64,000 nt of DNA from positions 121,089 through 185,088 of the forward strand of contig JAHIRB010000007.1 of the NCBI GenBank assembly GCA_018818885.1. Direction: 5' to 3'. Shown piece by piece: positions 10,843-21,321 of the stretch. The notes below the pieces were generated by a model. That model did no database searches. It worked only from the letters and a program-made list of their open reading frames with translations, and had not been told where the DNA came from. The translations under genes were made by a program, and so were the position numbers. This DNA comes from Patescibacteria group bacterium (lineage in GTDB: Bacteria; Patescibacteriota; Patescibacteriia; Buchananbacterales; SURF-54). Each line of letters starts with the position of its first letter. Position 1 is the stretch's first letter.

Positions 10843-11920
10843 AGAGCTTTAAATATTTTTTTGATACTTCCTGCCAATCATTACTTTTAGCTAGCTCATA
10901 ACCATTTTGCCCTAGTTTTATAGCAAGTGCTTTATCAGACAAAATTTCATCAATAGCATCTGCTGTAGCATTAACGTCGTCTGGGGGCACTACAAGGCCA
11001 TTTTGGCTATCTTTTACTACATCTATTACACCACCAGCAGCAGAGGCTACGATAGGTATCTTGCACGCACCTGCTTCTAAATAAACAAGTCCAAACCCTT
11101 CAAACTTATTTTCTTTGATAACCTTAGGGGTTAACACAAAGATATCGGCTTCACTGTATAACTTTAATAATTCTTGATCAGATACTTTCTCAATAAATCT
11201 GACATTATCTTTAAGATCTGACTTTTCAACTATATTTCTTAAATGATAATAATAATTTTTATCTGATTGATTGCCAACTATTGTATATGACAAATCAGGA
11301 TACTTCGACTTTAACTTCGCGATTGCTTTGATGGAAATATCAAAACCTTTTCTATTTTTTAATGCCCCTACGCTTAAGATATTTTTTTTATGATCAGAAG
11401 TATTTTCTTCTTTTATATTTTTGTTGAATTTTTCAAAATCTACTCCATTATTTATTACTACTGTATTATCTAATTTAATTCTTTTTAAAATTTCGCTTTG
11501 TGTAAAACTACTTACACAAATAATCTTTTTTGCTTTTTTGTAAAATCCTCTAACTAAATATTTATAAAATTTGTGATCTAAAGATGAAACAGCATAGGTG
11601 CCGTGAGCTGTTAAAAAATATGGTTTTGTTTTTATGGTTGAAAAAATTAAAAACCTTGGTAGGTCTGTGCAAAAATGCACTACATCACAATTCTTTGCGT
11701 GACTTCTTACAATTTTACGAAACTCCAAAAATGACCTTAAGTCTTTTTTTAGATTTAAATTAGGTGCATTGATAAAGGTGACGTTACTTAATGCTTCATT
11801 ATGATCTGGCGAAATAATTGTAACATTATGATTTTGGGAATACTCATTAATCAATCCTAAACAATACCTTCCCTGTCCATCTTTTTCTGAAAGTGTTTTT
11901 GTAATTAATAATATCTTCAT
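10823..11920 (-). CDS. GT4 family glycosyltransferase
   Basis: RKGFD, EGFGLVYLEAGAC. Confidence 0.9.
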   Translation of the reverse strand: MKILLITKTLSEKDGQGRYCLGLINEYSQNHNVTIISPDHNEALSNVTFINAPNLNLKKDLRSFLEFRKIVRSHAKNCDVVHFCTDLPRFLIFSTIKTKPYFLTAHGTYAVSSLDHKFYKYLVRGFYKKAKKIICVSSFTQSEILKRIKLDNTVVINNGVDFEKFNKNIKEENTSDHKKNILSVGALKNRKGFDISIKAIAKLKSKYPDLSYTIVGNQSDKNYYYHLRNIVEKSDLKDNVRFIEKVSDQELLKLYSEADIFVLTPKVIKENKFEGFGLVYLEAGACKIPIVASAAGGVIDVVKDSQNGLVVPPDDVNATADAIDEILSDKALAIKLGQNGYELAKSNDWQEVSKKYLKLYESFTD

Positions 11921-13269
11921 TTTTTCTTAACTAAATGAATCAAAAATTTTGGATTTAAAAAATATGCTTTTCCATACTTTTTTTTATACTTATAATGCCT
12001 AAGTACCATAAGCGCTCTTTTGGGACTATATCTAACTCCAATCCTGCCTGCATATTTTTCGATATTCTCCCAGCTAAATTTCTTATCTGGATTTAGTTCT
12101 TTTAGTTTTTGATAAAGCTTTGTACCAGGGTACGGAATAGCTGGATTGAAATTTTTGACCTTTAGATCGTGGTCTAATATAAAATTAACTGTTTCTTGAA
12201 TCGTTTCTTTGTCTTCTCCAGGACAATTGATTAAAACGTAATAACCCACATCAATCTTGTTTTCTCTTAATATATATATTGCTTGTTTAAGATCTTTTTG
12301 TGTAGTTTTTTTATTGATGTTTTCTAAAATTTGATCTGATGCTGATTCTAGACCAATATTAATTTTAAAGCATCCAGCTTTTTTTATTTTTTCAATTATA
12401 TCTTGATTTCTGACGATATCTGTGGCTCTGGCATTACAACCCCAACTAATCTTGATTTCGTTATTAATTAATAAATCGCTAATTTTTTCCACCCGAGGTA
12501 TGTCAACTAAATATTCCCAATCTTGAAAATAAATTGATTTAATACCAAAATTTATTATCAGATACTCAATTTCAATGAGTACTCGTTCTGGACTTTGGCT
12601 GATATAATTACCTTCTGACATTGCTTTAAGGCAAAACGTACATGAATAAGGGCAACCTCGTGAAGTCATCATAATAGAAAAAGGATCTTTAAAGCCTGAC
12701 GCATGATATTTTTCCATTGGCAATAATTCGTATGCTGGTAAAGGCAATGCATCTAAATCGTTTATTCTTCCTGCTTGAGAGTTGTGAATTATTTTTTTAT
12801 CTTGTTTAAAGGATATACCTTTGACATCAACTAACTGACCTTTTGCAGATAAATTGTCGACAGTTTCCTCCACAATTTTTTCTGGCTCACCCTTAACCAC
12901 AATATCAGCTTTAGACTTATTGAAAATCCAGTCAGGATCCACTGTGCCATGGCTCCCTGTGATTATCTTGTGCTTAGCTTTTGTAGCATCTAAAATTTTA
13001 AAAATATTATTAATATGAGAATTAGGACACTCCCACCTATCTATTGGCGTAGTTGTTAAAATTAAAACTTCTGACTCAAATTCATTAATAGAATCAATAG
13101 TTTTTTGTACAGTATAATTTAAAACATTAGCATCTAAAAATCTGATCTCGTGACCCTTATCCTGCAGAATTGCTGCAATCGTAGCTAAAGAAAGAGGCTG
13201 ACGTGCGCGTACGTTCATGACTGACCTTCTTTCTATGTTAAAATTTGGATTTAAGATAAATATCTTCAT
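11917..13269 (-). CDS. B12-binding domain radical SAM protein
   Basis: QPLSLATIAA, KGEPE, TSRGCPYSCTFC, GLESA. Confidence 0.88.
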   Translation of the reverse strand: MKIFILNPNFNIERRSVMNVRARQPLSLATIAAILQDKGHEIRFLDANVLNYTVQKTIDSINEFESEVLILTTTPIDRWECPNSHINNIFKILDATKAKHKIITGSHGTVDPDWIFNKSKADIVVKGEPEKIVEETVDNLSAKGQLVDVKGISFKQDKKIIHNSQAGRINDLDALPLPAYELLPMEKYHASGFKDPFSIMMTSRGCPYSCTFCLKAMSEGNYISQSPERVLIEIEYLIINFGIKSIYFQDWEYLVDIPRVEKISDLLINNEIKISWGCNARATDIVRNQDIIEKIKKAGCFKINIGLESASDQILENINKKTTQKDLKQAIYILRENKIDVGYYVLINCPGEDKETIQETVNFILDHDLKVKNFNPAIPYPGTKLYQKLKELNPDKKFSWENIEKYAGRIGVRYSPKRALMVLRHYKYKKKYGKAYFLNPKFLIHLVKKK

Positions 13270-13850
13270 TTTTCTAAATATATTACAAAACCTGATGTTT
13301 GGTTTTTTGATTTAAAAATACTATCGATTATTCGTGCTAGGGGAGAAAATACCTTCCGATAAATTTTAATCGGTATTAAATTTACCAGTGTTTCAAATAA
13401 ACCTCTGATATTTTTGATTTCAATGGCAGAAAACTTCTTAAACATATGTTTCGCGCCCTCTTTGGTAAATCGATAATAATCGCCATAATATCCTTTTTCT
13501 GCATGATAAGGATATAAAAAAGGCAAAGAAACTAGACATTTTCCATTTGGCTTTAGAACACGATAAATTTCTGAAACTGCCTTGAATGGATCGTCAATAT
13601 GTTCCAAAACTGCACGACAGATTACTGCGTCAACTGAACTATCATCCAACGGAATATTTTTTATATCACCAACAATATCTGGCTTGTATTCGGAAACAGT
13701 ATCTAATGTTTTATAATCTTTTCCTTGAAATATTTCCTCATACTCCTTCATCCCCTTTTGAAAACGATTGCCTCCTCCTACATCCAATATTGAGTTTGAA
13801 TCTTTGGCAATTAATTTTATTTTTTCATCCCAAAATTTTATCCACATCAT
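13266..13850 (-). CDS. Class I SAM-dependent methyltransferase
   Basis: ILDVGGG, VLEHIDDP, RVLKPNG, DYYRFT. Confidence 0.88.
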   Translation of the reverse strand: MMWIKFWDEKIKLIAKDSNSILDVGGGNRFQKGMKEYEEIFQGKDYKTLDTVSEYKPDIVGDIKNIPLDDSSVDAVICRAVLEHIDDPFKAVSEIYRVLKPNGKCLVSLPFLYPYHAEKGYYGDYYRFTKEGAKHMFKKFSAIEIKNIRGLFETLVNLIPIKIYRKVFSPLARIIDSIFKSKNQTSGFVIYLEK

Positions 13851-13851
13851 A

Positions 13852-13938
13852 CCCGGTAGTGAAAATTTGATTTATTAATCATATATTATTTTTATTACCC
13901 GTTGTGATTTGATATCTTATCAAATTTTCACTACCGGG
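13852..13938. mobile_element. MITE-like 87-bp element with 20-bp perfect terminal inverted repeats
   Basis: CCCGGTAGTGAAAATTTGAT (13852-13871) / ATCAAATTTTCACTACCGGG (13919-13938), flanked on both sides by CATA (13848-13851, 13939-13942). Confidence 0.7.
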
Positions 13939-13942
13939 CATA

Positions 13943-15100
13943 TTATTTTATAAAAATTAAAATATTTTTTGCACGTTTTTGCCAAGTGTATTCTTTAACA
14001 TCTAGATATGCATGGCTGACTATACTATTAACCAAATTCTTATCATTTAATAATTTTTTTATACCATCAGAGAGCGCTTTTGGATCATCTGACTTAACCA
14101 AAACTGAATTATCAGTATCTAAGATTTCTCTTATTGATTGCAAGTCTGAAGCTACAACTGGTTTTTTGGCTGCCATATATTCAAATAGTTTCATCGGCGA
14201 GGTATACTTAACCGATATTTGTTTTTCTTTAGAGTTAGGTAATACAACAACGTCAGCTGCCCTTAGAAATATCGGAATCATTGTTGGGCTTTGATGCCTA
14301 ATACTCTTAACGTTTGATAATCCATTTTTATCTATATAATTATTTAAACGTGCTCTATCATGTTCCATACCACCAACAAAAACAATTAATTCTTTATTGG
14401 ATAAATATTTTGCACTTTCAGCTAATGTAAAAACTCCTTTCCATCTAAATAGATGTCCAGTATATAATATAATATTTTTTTCTTGCGAAAAATAATCATA
14501 ATATTTTTCTAAATATTGACGGCATTCTTTCTTTGACTTATCAATATCAAACTGATAAATGCTAACACCGTCAGGGGCTACCATTATCTTACTATCATCT
14601 ATTTCTAATTGATCCACTAGAAGTTTCTTTAATGACTTAGTAATTACTACGATCCTTTTGCACCTCTTAAACAGCATTTTGTATAAAGTAAACTTACTTT
14701 GAGGAAAAGTGTGTAGTTCGAACACAATATTTTTTTTAAATAATGAAAGAAAAAAACTTGAAAACTCATCTCGTGAGTAGATAATATCGGGCTTTTTATT
14801 AGCGAGATATCTCAATGCCGACAATGCAAAGCTTGTGTTTTGAATAGGAACACTCAAACCTTTAAACGATCTACCCATAGCGACAATATCTAAAAGCCAA
14901 AGTTTTTTTATTTCGAACTCATTTTTTATTCCGTAATATTGAAAAGGCTTAATATGTTCAAGTTGATTATCTTTTCTGTTTGCTACTACTAACTCAACAT
15001 CAACACCTTGATTTTTAAAAGCTTCACACATCTTCATAATCTGCAACCCATGTGCTTTTTCTGTCGGGATTCTCGCGTTGGCTAAATATATAATTTTCAT
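13943..15100 (-). CDS. GT4 family glycosyltransferase
   Basis: RIPTEKAHG, WKGVFTL, TSPMKLFEYMAA. Confidence 0.9.
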   Translation of the reverse strand: MKIIYLANARIPTEKAHGLQIMKMCEAFKNQGVDVELVVANRKDNQLEHIKPFQYYGIKNEFEIKKLWLLDIVAMGRSFKGLSVPIQNTSFALSALRYLANKKPDIIYSRDEFSSFFLSLFKKNIVFELHTFPQSKFTLYKMLFKRCKRIVVITKSLKKLLVDQLEIDDSKIMVAPDGVSIYQFDIDKSKKECRQYLEKYYDYFSQEKNIILYTGHLFRWKGVFTLAESAKYLSNKELIVFVGGMEHDRARLNNYIDKNGLSNVKSIRHQSPTMIPIFLRAADVVVLPNSKEKQISVKYTSPMKLFEYMAAKKPVVASDLQSIREILDTDNSVLVKSDDPKALSDGIKKLLNDKNLVNSIVSHAYLDVKEYTWQKRAKNILIFIK

Positions 15101-15105
15101 AAATA

Positions 15106-16149
15106 CTATATGGTTTGTTTTATTATGTTGACTAGTTCCTGACCTAATATTTTTGGCTGAAATCTTTGCTGATATAATTCATGACCACTAGCAGCGATTT
15201 TATTTCTAAGGTCAGGGTTATCTTTTAATTTCATGACTTTATCCGCTAAATCTTGAGGGTCTGCAGTTTTACAGAATAAGACGTTCTCTGCATTTTCTAA
15301 AATTTCCTTAGTAGCAGTTGATTCTGAAGTTATCAAAGGTTTTTTGCATGCCAAGCTTTCAAAAATTTTATTCGGTATAACTAAATCTTTTTTAGGTGTG
15401 TTTCCAAACACTCCTAAGCAAATATCAGCATTATTGATTAATGTATTCAATTCTTCTTGAGAAACCTCGTTATGAAAAACTACATTTTGTAATCCTTGGC
15501 TTTCTACTTTTTGTTTAATCTTTTCATATCTGCTAGTAAAGCGTGTGACAATTTGCCATTTGATATATTCATTTTTCAAAATATTTGCTGCCTCAATAAC
15601 ATACTCTATTCCGTGAAAAGGTACTAAATAACCATGAAAATGAACAATAAACTTGCTATCCTTTTTTTCTTTTGGATAAAAATACTTATTATCTGCGCCT
15701 GCATAAATCTTTTTGAATTTATCTTTTGGTAAATTGAAAGTTTTTACAAAATAATCAATGTGCGCTTGTGTATCTAACAAAACTACATCAGCTAGCTGGC
15801 ACGAAATTTTATCTCTAAAATAATCAAACTTTGCTTTTAAACTGCTCTGGCTATATCGTTTGCGATCAAAAACATTTGTGTTGTACAAAGAAACAAAAGC
15901 ATCAAATATTATTTTCTTTTTGCAAATTAACTTTGCCCAAGGCATTATTCCTTGACCCAAAAATCCTACAACAACTACATCATGTTCTTTTATCTTTTTA
16001 TATTTAGAATATAACTCCCAATATTTTTTAAAACCTTTAGCTCTGGAATTGCATTCAATTACTTCCACGCCATTAGCTTCTAAGCCCTGTATCAATATAT
16101 TATTTCTTGGATACCTCTTACTGTATATTCCAAAATAACAAACCTTCAT
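15106..16149 (-). CDS. GT4 family glycosyltransferase
   Basis: YPRN, PFHGIEYV, IPNKIFESLAC. Confidence 0.88.
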   Translation of the reverse strand: MKVCYFGIYSKRYPRNNILIQGLEANGVEVIECNSRAKGFKKYWELYSKYKKIKEHDVVVVGFLGQGIMPWAKLICKKKIIFDAFVSLYNTNVFDRKRYSQSSLKAKFDYFRDKISCQLADVVLLDTQAHIDYFVKTFNLPKDKFKKIYAGADNKYFYPKEKKDSKFIVHFHGYLVPFHGIEYVIEAANILKNEYIKWQIVTRFTSRYEKIKQKVESQGLQNVVFHNEVSQEELNTLINNADICLGVFGNTPKKDLVIPNKIFESLACKKPLITSESTATKEILENAENVLFCKTADPQDLADKVMKLKDNPDLRNKIAASGHELYQQRFQPKILGQELVNIIKQTI

Positions 16150-16150
16150 A

Positions 16151-16234
16151 GTTACAAATTACGAATTAATACGAATATACGAATAGTATAAATCTCGCAT
16201 TTGTAGATTTGTATGGATTCGTAATTCGTAATTT
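16151..16234. repeat. Inverted array of TTACGAA-type heptamers (imperfect palindrome)
   Basis: AAATTACGAATTA (16156-16168) / TAATTCGTAATTT (16222-16234), with further TACGAA and TTCGTA copies inside. Confidence 0.7.
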
Positions 16235-16235
16235 A

Positions 16236-16961
16236 TCATATTTTTTTTATATTCTTTAACTTTCTTAATAAGTGTACTATCTTAGCAAACACTGCCCCAT
16301 ACTTATAATCAATATAATAAACTTCTGACCCTGTTTTTAAATTATATTTTCCGCTTGCAGTGTTATGAATAAGTTCAGCTACCTTCTTAGGATCAACCCC
16401 GTCTTGCGGTCCCATTTTAGTCTTGGTTCCAGGTGGCGCCACTAAATAGACTTTTCTGTCCGACAATTCTTTGGCTAAAGCCTTGGTAAAAGCACGCAGA
16501 CCAAATTTTGTTACACAATATGTGGTAAATTTTCTTTGAGCGAAAAGTCCAAGAATACTTCCAATATTAATTATGGTTTCTTTGATGTTTGGCAGTAATA
16601 ATTTTGTCAGCTTGATTGTGCCTAGCAGATTTGTTTGAATTTGTTTTTCAATATCTTCGATACTTGTATCTGCAAAGTTACTAATGACTATATTAGCGGC
16701 ATTATTTATTAAAATGTCAGTTTGATTAATCTTATGTGAAAAATTTTCTATACTTTGATGATTTGTTAAATCAAGATGATGCAATTCTACTTTCTTTGCT
16801 CCTAGCTCTAAACATTTTGCTTTGACCGCTTGGCCTTCTTGCTCGTTTTCGTAATAAGTCAATATCAAATTAGCCCCATCTTTTGCCATTAGATAGCCAG
16901 TTTGTTCTCCGATTCCAGAGTTAGCTCCAGTGATGATGATTGTTTTATTTTGCAGTGACAT
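16236..16961 (-). CDS. Short-chain dehydrogenase/reductase
   Basis: TGANSGIG, LINNA, NIGS, YCVTK. Confidence 0.9.
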   Translation of the reverse strand: MSLQNKTIIITGANSGIGEQTGYLMAKDGANLILTYYENEQEGQAVKAKCLELGAKKVELHHLDLTNHQSIENFSHKINQTDILINNAANIVISNFADTSIEDIEKQIQTNLLGTIKLTKLLLPNIKETIINIGSILGLFAQRKFTTYCVTKFGLRAFTKALAKELSDRKVYLVAPPGTKTKMGPQDGVDPKKVAELIHNTASGKYNLKTGSEVYYIDYKYGAVFAKIVHLLRKLKNIKKI

Positions 16962-18207
16962 TATTTATTATTTTTAATAATTTATTTACTACAACATTAT
17001 AAGTATAGTTTTGTTCTACCCGACTTCTAGCGGTTTGACCTAGCTTGTCTGCTAGCTCTGGATTATTTAATATTGTAATAATAGCTTCTGCTAATTTTTG
17101 TGAATTCTTGGTAGGTACAATTATGCCAGTTTGGCCATCGATATTAATTGACGGACTTGCACCAGCGTCTGACGTAACTACAGGTACTCCGCAAGCCATT
17201 GCTTCTATTGTAACCTGCCCAAATGTTTCCATCCAAATTGATGGTATTACCATAACATCGCAAGCGTTAATATATTCTGCAAGTTTTTCAAATGGCTGTT
17301 TACCTGCAAGCTGTACTTGATCTTTGATATTTAGCTTATCTATCATTGTACTCATTCTTTCACTTTCTCCTCCTCCACCAACTATCACTAAACTGACATT
17401 ATTGATTTGCGAAATTACTTTAGGCATTGCTTCTAATAAAACTCCAATGCCTTTTTCTGCGAAATTAATTCTGCCAATAAACAAAATTACTTTATCACTC
17501 TTAATATTAAAATTTGACCTTAACTCTTGTTTTTTATCTAATGGACGAAATATGTCAGTTTCGATTGATACTGGTAAAATTTCAACCTTATTTGGGCTTA
17601 GGCCCATCTGTATTGCCTCGTCTGCTGCTATTTGACTTACAAAGGCAACTTTATCACATTTTTTATAAATTTCGTCTGCAAATTTCTTGTGATTTTTCTT
17701 GTCTAGTAAAACTTCAAATAATTGTTTTAGACCAACGGATTTGAATATCTTATATATTACTTTTTCTCCGAATACTTCATCAGCTGATCTTTCAAAATGC
17801 CATTTCCACGTTGTTATTTGTCTAAATATTACTGGTGCTGATAGTTTTTCTTTGATTTGACTTACTGCATAACCAGTTTCACGTGCTTGCCAAATCATTA
17901 TTGCGTCAACATCTTTTTGCTGCAAAACTTTTTTTTGCGTTGCTTTGATATATAATAAACGAATAATTCGATTTAAAGGGAATAACCACAGCTTGTTCAC
18001 CATCGGCGGGTAATATCGAACAACCTTGATTCCATCAACATTAGTGCTTCCTTTTTTAAACGGTGTTAACCAAGGTGCTATTACTTTTACTTCGTGACCT
18101 TGCTTGACTAACTTTCTTAAAATCTCAATAAAATAATGATAGGTTCCTAAATGCTTACCAATTTCTTCCTCTGTGCCAAATTTGTATGCAACTACACAAA
18201 GCTTCAT
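16945..18207 (-). CDS. GT4 family glycosyltransferase
   Basis: EKGIGVLLEA, ETFGQVTIEAMACG. Confidence 0.9.
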   Translation of the reverse strand: MKLCVVAYKFGTEEEIGKHLGTYHYFIEILRKLVKQGHEVKVIAPWLTPFKKGSTNVDGIKVVRYYPPMVNKLWLFPLNRIIRLLYIKATQKKVLQQKDVDAIMIWQARETGYAVSQIKEKLSAPVIFRQITTWKWHFERSADEVFGEKVIYKIFKSVGLKQLFEVLLDKKNHKKFADEIYKKCDKVAFVSQIAADEAIQMGLSPNKVEILPVSIETDIFRPLDKKQELRSNFNIKSDKVILFIGRINFAEKGIGVLLEAMPKVISQINNVSLVIVGGGGESERMSTMIDKLNIKDQVQLAGKQPFEKLAEYINACDVMVIPSIWMETFGQVTIEAMACGVPVVTSDAGASPSINIDGQTGIIVPTKNSQKLAEAIITILNNPELADKLGQTARSRVEQNYTYNVVVNKLLKIINNVTAK

Positions 18208-18263
18208 ATGATAAAAATATATCTAAATTTAGTTATTTTATAGATTAAATTAACATTTTTTAT

Positions 18264-18292
18264 TTGACAGCACCTGATTAATAAGCTATATT
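18264..18292 (+). promoter_or_regulatory. Sigma70-type promoter pointing at the 3' end of the DUF3800 gene
   Basis: TTGACA 18264-18269, 17-nt spacer, TATATT 18287-18292; no plus-strand ORF follows. Confidence 0.65.
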
Positions 18293-18298
18293 TCTATT

Positions 18299-18366
18299 TA
18301 GATGCTATCATTCATAGTATCTTATAAAAACAAGCGTCGCCCGTTGTGGGCCATGGCTTGTTTTTT
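18299..18366 (+). ncRNA. Candidate DUF3800-associated small structured RNA
   Basis: Follows the promoter. Hairpin AGATGCTAT/ATAGTATCT (18300-18322), then AAAAACAAGC...GCCC-GTTGT-GGGC...GCTTGTTTTT (18326-18365) ending in a T-run. Confidence 0.55.
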
Positions 18367-19147
18367 AATTACCTGTTTTCTTTCTTAAAGATCTTCTACT
18401 ATCAAAAACTGTTGCTCTTATTTTACTTCCTGACAAAACATAATTTTTTGTCTTGAATCCAAGTCTGTTACTGAAAAAAGATTTTTTAATTTTTAATTTT
18501 TGATAGATAAAATTTAAAAATTTTCTTTTAAATGTATTTTGTTTTTGTATCATTCCTTCTTGTTTCTTTAAATCATAAACAATCGCACCTAAAATCAAAT
18601 CAGTTAGCTGTATCAAGTCAGATGACTTAGAATCAATCTGGCAAACTCCTGCTACCACAAACTTCTTATAATGATCATTTACAAATTTTTTGATAGTTAT
18701 CTCTAAGTCAACGTGACCAGGCGAGAAATAATCATCCGCTAGAATAATAATAACTTCGTCAGGTTTTTTCCCAATTATCAGTTTTAGTAAAGTAACAGTA
18801 AAATTTCGATATACTTTATATAAATTATTATTATAGTACTTTTTAAAATCTAATTCATCTTTATTTAAAATAATACAATTAAACTCAGCGGCTTCGCTCA
18901 AAAAAATATTAAAGAATTCTCTTGCCATGTCAAATCTAATCTTTCGATCCAAACTTGCCCATTTCAATTCTTCGTTATAATTATATTTATTTCTAACCAT
19001 TCTTATCTTCCTGTATAGCTTCTGAGGCTCAGGACATTTCACTATACCTAATGCAAAATACTTATCTCGTTTGCTGTATATCAATCCTGTCTCATCCAAA
19101 AAACAAAAGCAACTTTTAACATCTTTAAAATTTTTGTTTGTTGTCAT
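18365..19147 (-). CDS. DUF3800 family protein (putative nuclease-like acidic active site)
   Basis: FLDETG near N-terminus, ELKW, ADDY, DSKSSDLIQLTDLILGA. Confidence 0.8.
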   Translation of the reverse strand: MTTNKNFKDVKSCFCFLDETGLIYSKRDKYFALGIVKCPEPQKLYRKIRMVRNKYNYNEELKWASLDRKIRFDMAREFFNIFLSEAAEFNCIILNKDELDFKKYYNNNLYKVYRNFTVTLLKLIIGKKPDEVIIILADDYFSPGHVDLEITIKKFVNDHYKKFVVAGVCQIDSKSSDLIQLTDLILGAIVYDLKKQEGMIQKQNTFKRKFLNFIYQKLKIKKSFFSNRLGFKTKNYVLSGSKIRATVFDSRRSLRKKTGN

Positions 19148-19149
19148 AA

Positions 19150-20187
19150 TTATTTAAATTGTTCCGTTATTCTTTTAACAAGGTTATCTAAATTATGATT
19201 TTGGACTACTTCGTTTCTAAGTTTACTTCGAATTTGTTGTTTTTCTTCCTTTGATAAGTTCATCAACTGTTTAATTTTTTCTGCCAGGTCCTTAGGATTA
19301 TCTTTCCCGACCATAAAATTTGAACCAACAATATCTTTAAATGCTTCATTACTGGTTAAAACCAAGCACTCACAAGCCATGGCTTCTAAAACAGTTTTAT
19401 CGACACTGCCAGTCCCGCTCATATTAATAAATAAATCTGAATTCTGAAGGTATTTTGGAATTTGAATCTGCGGGATCGGTCCTAAAAATTCTACCTGTTC
19501 TTGCAGTTTCATATTTTGAACCATTAATTTTAAATTTTCAAAATATCCTTTTTGAATGGCTAACCCGGCATCTCCGATAATTGTTAGTTTAATATTTTTA
19601 ACACCACTATCAACTAAAATATCAACTGCCTTAATCATTGATTCATAATCTTTGGTTGGTGAAATTCGTCCAACACTTAAAATCTTAAATTTTCCATCAA
19701 CTTGCTTAGTGCCTGGTTTAAAAAGCTCCACATCAATTCCATGGCCAGTAATAACTAATTTTTTTGAAGCTAAACGAAAACTTTCTTTAGAGGCTGACAA
19801 AACTACATCTGCTAACTTTTCCATCAATTTCATTTTGCTATCGATCTGACGATGCATATACCAGCTTACTACTTTCTTTTTATATAGCTTGGCAATGGGT
19901 GCAGCAAGAATTGTATAAATCGGCATCTGATGACAGAACACCCCATCAACTTGTTTTATATTTTTCTTGACCAGCATTTTAAACTTGAAAATTTTAACCA
20001 ATTTATTTTGATTGGTTTTTAGATGATTGATTTTAATATTTTCTGGTAAACCAGAACTATCCCCTTCTTGCCAACTAATTACTCTTAGTTCTTCGACTTG
20101 TTCGCCAATTTTCTTAACCCAATTATAAATAAAGCCTGCTAGATGTTCTCCTTTATCAACTTTTCGTGTGATCATCAATAATTTCAT
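19150..20187 (-). CDS. GT4 family glycosyltransferase
   Basis: GHGID, GRISPTK, GSVDKTVLEAMAC. Confidence 0.9.
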   Translation of the reverse strand: MKLLMITRKVDKGEHLAGFIYNWVKKIGEQVEELRVISWQEGDSSGLPENIKINHLKTNQNKLVKIFKFKMLVKKNIKQVDGVFCHQMPIYTILAAPIAKLYKKKVVSWYMHRQIDSKMKLMEKLADVVLSASKESFRLASKKLVITGHGIDVELFKPGTKQVDGKFKILSVGRISPTKDYESMIKAVDILVDSGVKNIKLTIIGDAGLAIQKGYFENLKLMVQNMKLQEQVEFLGPIPQIQIPKYLQNSDLFINMSGTGSVDKTVLEAMACECLVLTSNEAFKDIVGSNFMVGKDNPKDLAEKIKQLMNLSKEEKQQIRSKLRNEVVQNHNLDNLVKRITEQFK

Positions 20188-20189
20188 AT

Positions 20190-21320
20190 TTATCTAATTA
20201 TTTCTTGCCAAAAATTAATTATTTCTCTAGTGTTGTTAGCTCCATCATATTTTTTGTTGACTAGCTCCTTGGCTTTTTGACCAAGTTCACTTGTCAAATC
20301 TTGATTTTTCAAAAGTTTAATGATATTAGCTGCTAAACTTGATGGATCATTAACTGGTGACAATAGCCCTGTTTGACCATCTATGATTATTTCTTGTGCT
20401 CCGGTTGTATTTGTGGCTACTGAAGTTTTTGAAGCGGCAGCAGCTTCAACAAAAATTTTTCCAAAACTTTCATTAGTACTTGAGTTAACAATAAAATCAC
20501 ATGCCTGGTAATAATTAACTAATTCCTTATGGTCAAGTTGATTTAAAAAGTCTACTCTGACCTCACTTTTTTCTGCTAAACTTTTCCATTCATTATATTT
20601 TGATCCATTACCTAGCACTAACACGACAAAATCTTTATAATCTTTTTTTACAATTTCAGCAGCTGTAAGCAACGTAGGGAAATCTTTTACCTGCTCAAGT
20701 CTTCCAACAAATAATAATATCTTTTTATTCTGATACTTACTTTTTATAGAGGTGACTTTTTGCTCGTCTGGATTTTCGAATTTTGATAAATTAACAGGCG
20801 TAGATATAACTTTGATTTTTTCTGCTTTTATACCATTACTGACTAGTTTATCTTTAATACCTTTGCTCATCACTCGAATACCATCTGATCTTCTGAAAAC
20901 AAACTTCGCAATTGATAATAAAAAAATGTTATACCATTTTTCTTTCAGCCATTCTTTGTTATCAACAAAGTCACCATGAAAATGAACAAGTAGTTTTGCC
21001 TTAAATTTTTTTGCTAAGCGATATCCAACCAACCCGGCAATAAAAGGAGTCTGACAAACTATTAAATCATATTTGCTATTTTTAAATAGTCCCTTGCCGA
21101 TTTTATAAGAATTGCAAAAATAACATAGTTTTGTTTTTGAATTAGTAGGAATTGAATGTACGTTTTCTGATAGCTGATATTTTTCATATCCTTTTTTTGA
21201 AAACACTATAATGTCTAACTTTTCAACATGTTGGCCATACTCTTGATGTCGCGAAACAACATCACCAAGTTGACCTTTGCCGAGCAATCCTTTGTCTAAT
21301 GATATCATTAATACTTGCAT
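20190..21320 (-). CDS. GT4 family glycosyltransferase
   Basis: VGRLEQVK, ESFGKIFVEAAA. Confidence 0.9.
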   Translation of the reverse strand: MQVLMISLDKGLLGKGQLGDVVSRHQEYGQHVEKLDIIVFSKKGYEKYQLSENVHSIPTNSKTKLCYFCNSYKIGKGLFKNSKYDLIVCQTPFIAGLVGYRLAKKFKAKLLVHFHGDFVDNKEWLKEKWYNIFLLSIAKFVFRRSDGIRVMSKGIKDKLVSNGIKAEKIKVISTPVNLSKFENPDEQKVTSIKSKYQNKKILLFVGRLEQVKDFPTLLTAAEIVKKDYKDFVVLVLGNGSKYNEWKSLAEKSEVRVDFLNQLDHKELVNYYQACDFIVNSSTNESFGKIFVEAAAASKTSVATNTTGAQEIIIDGQTGLLSPVNDPSSLAANIIKLLKNQDLTSELGQKAKELVNKKYDGANNTREIINFWQEIIR

Positions 21321-21321
21321 T

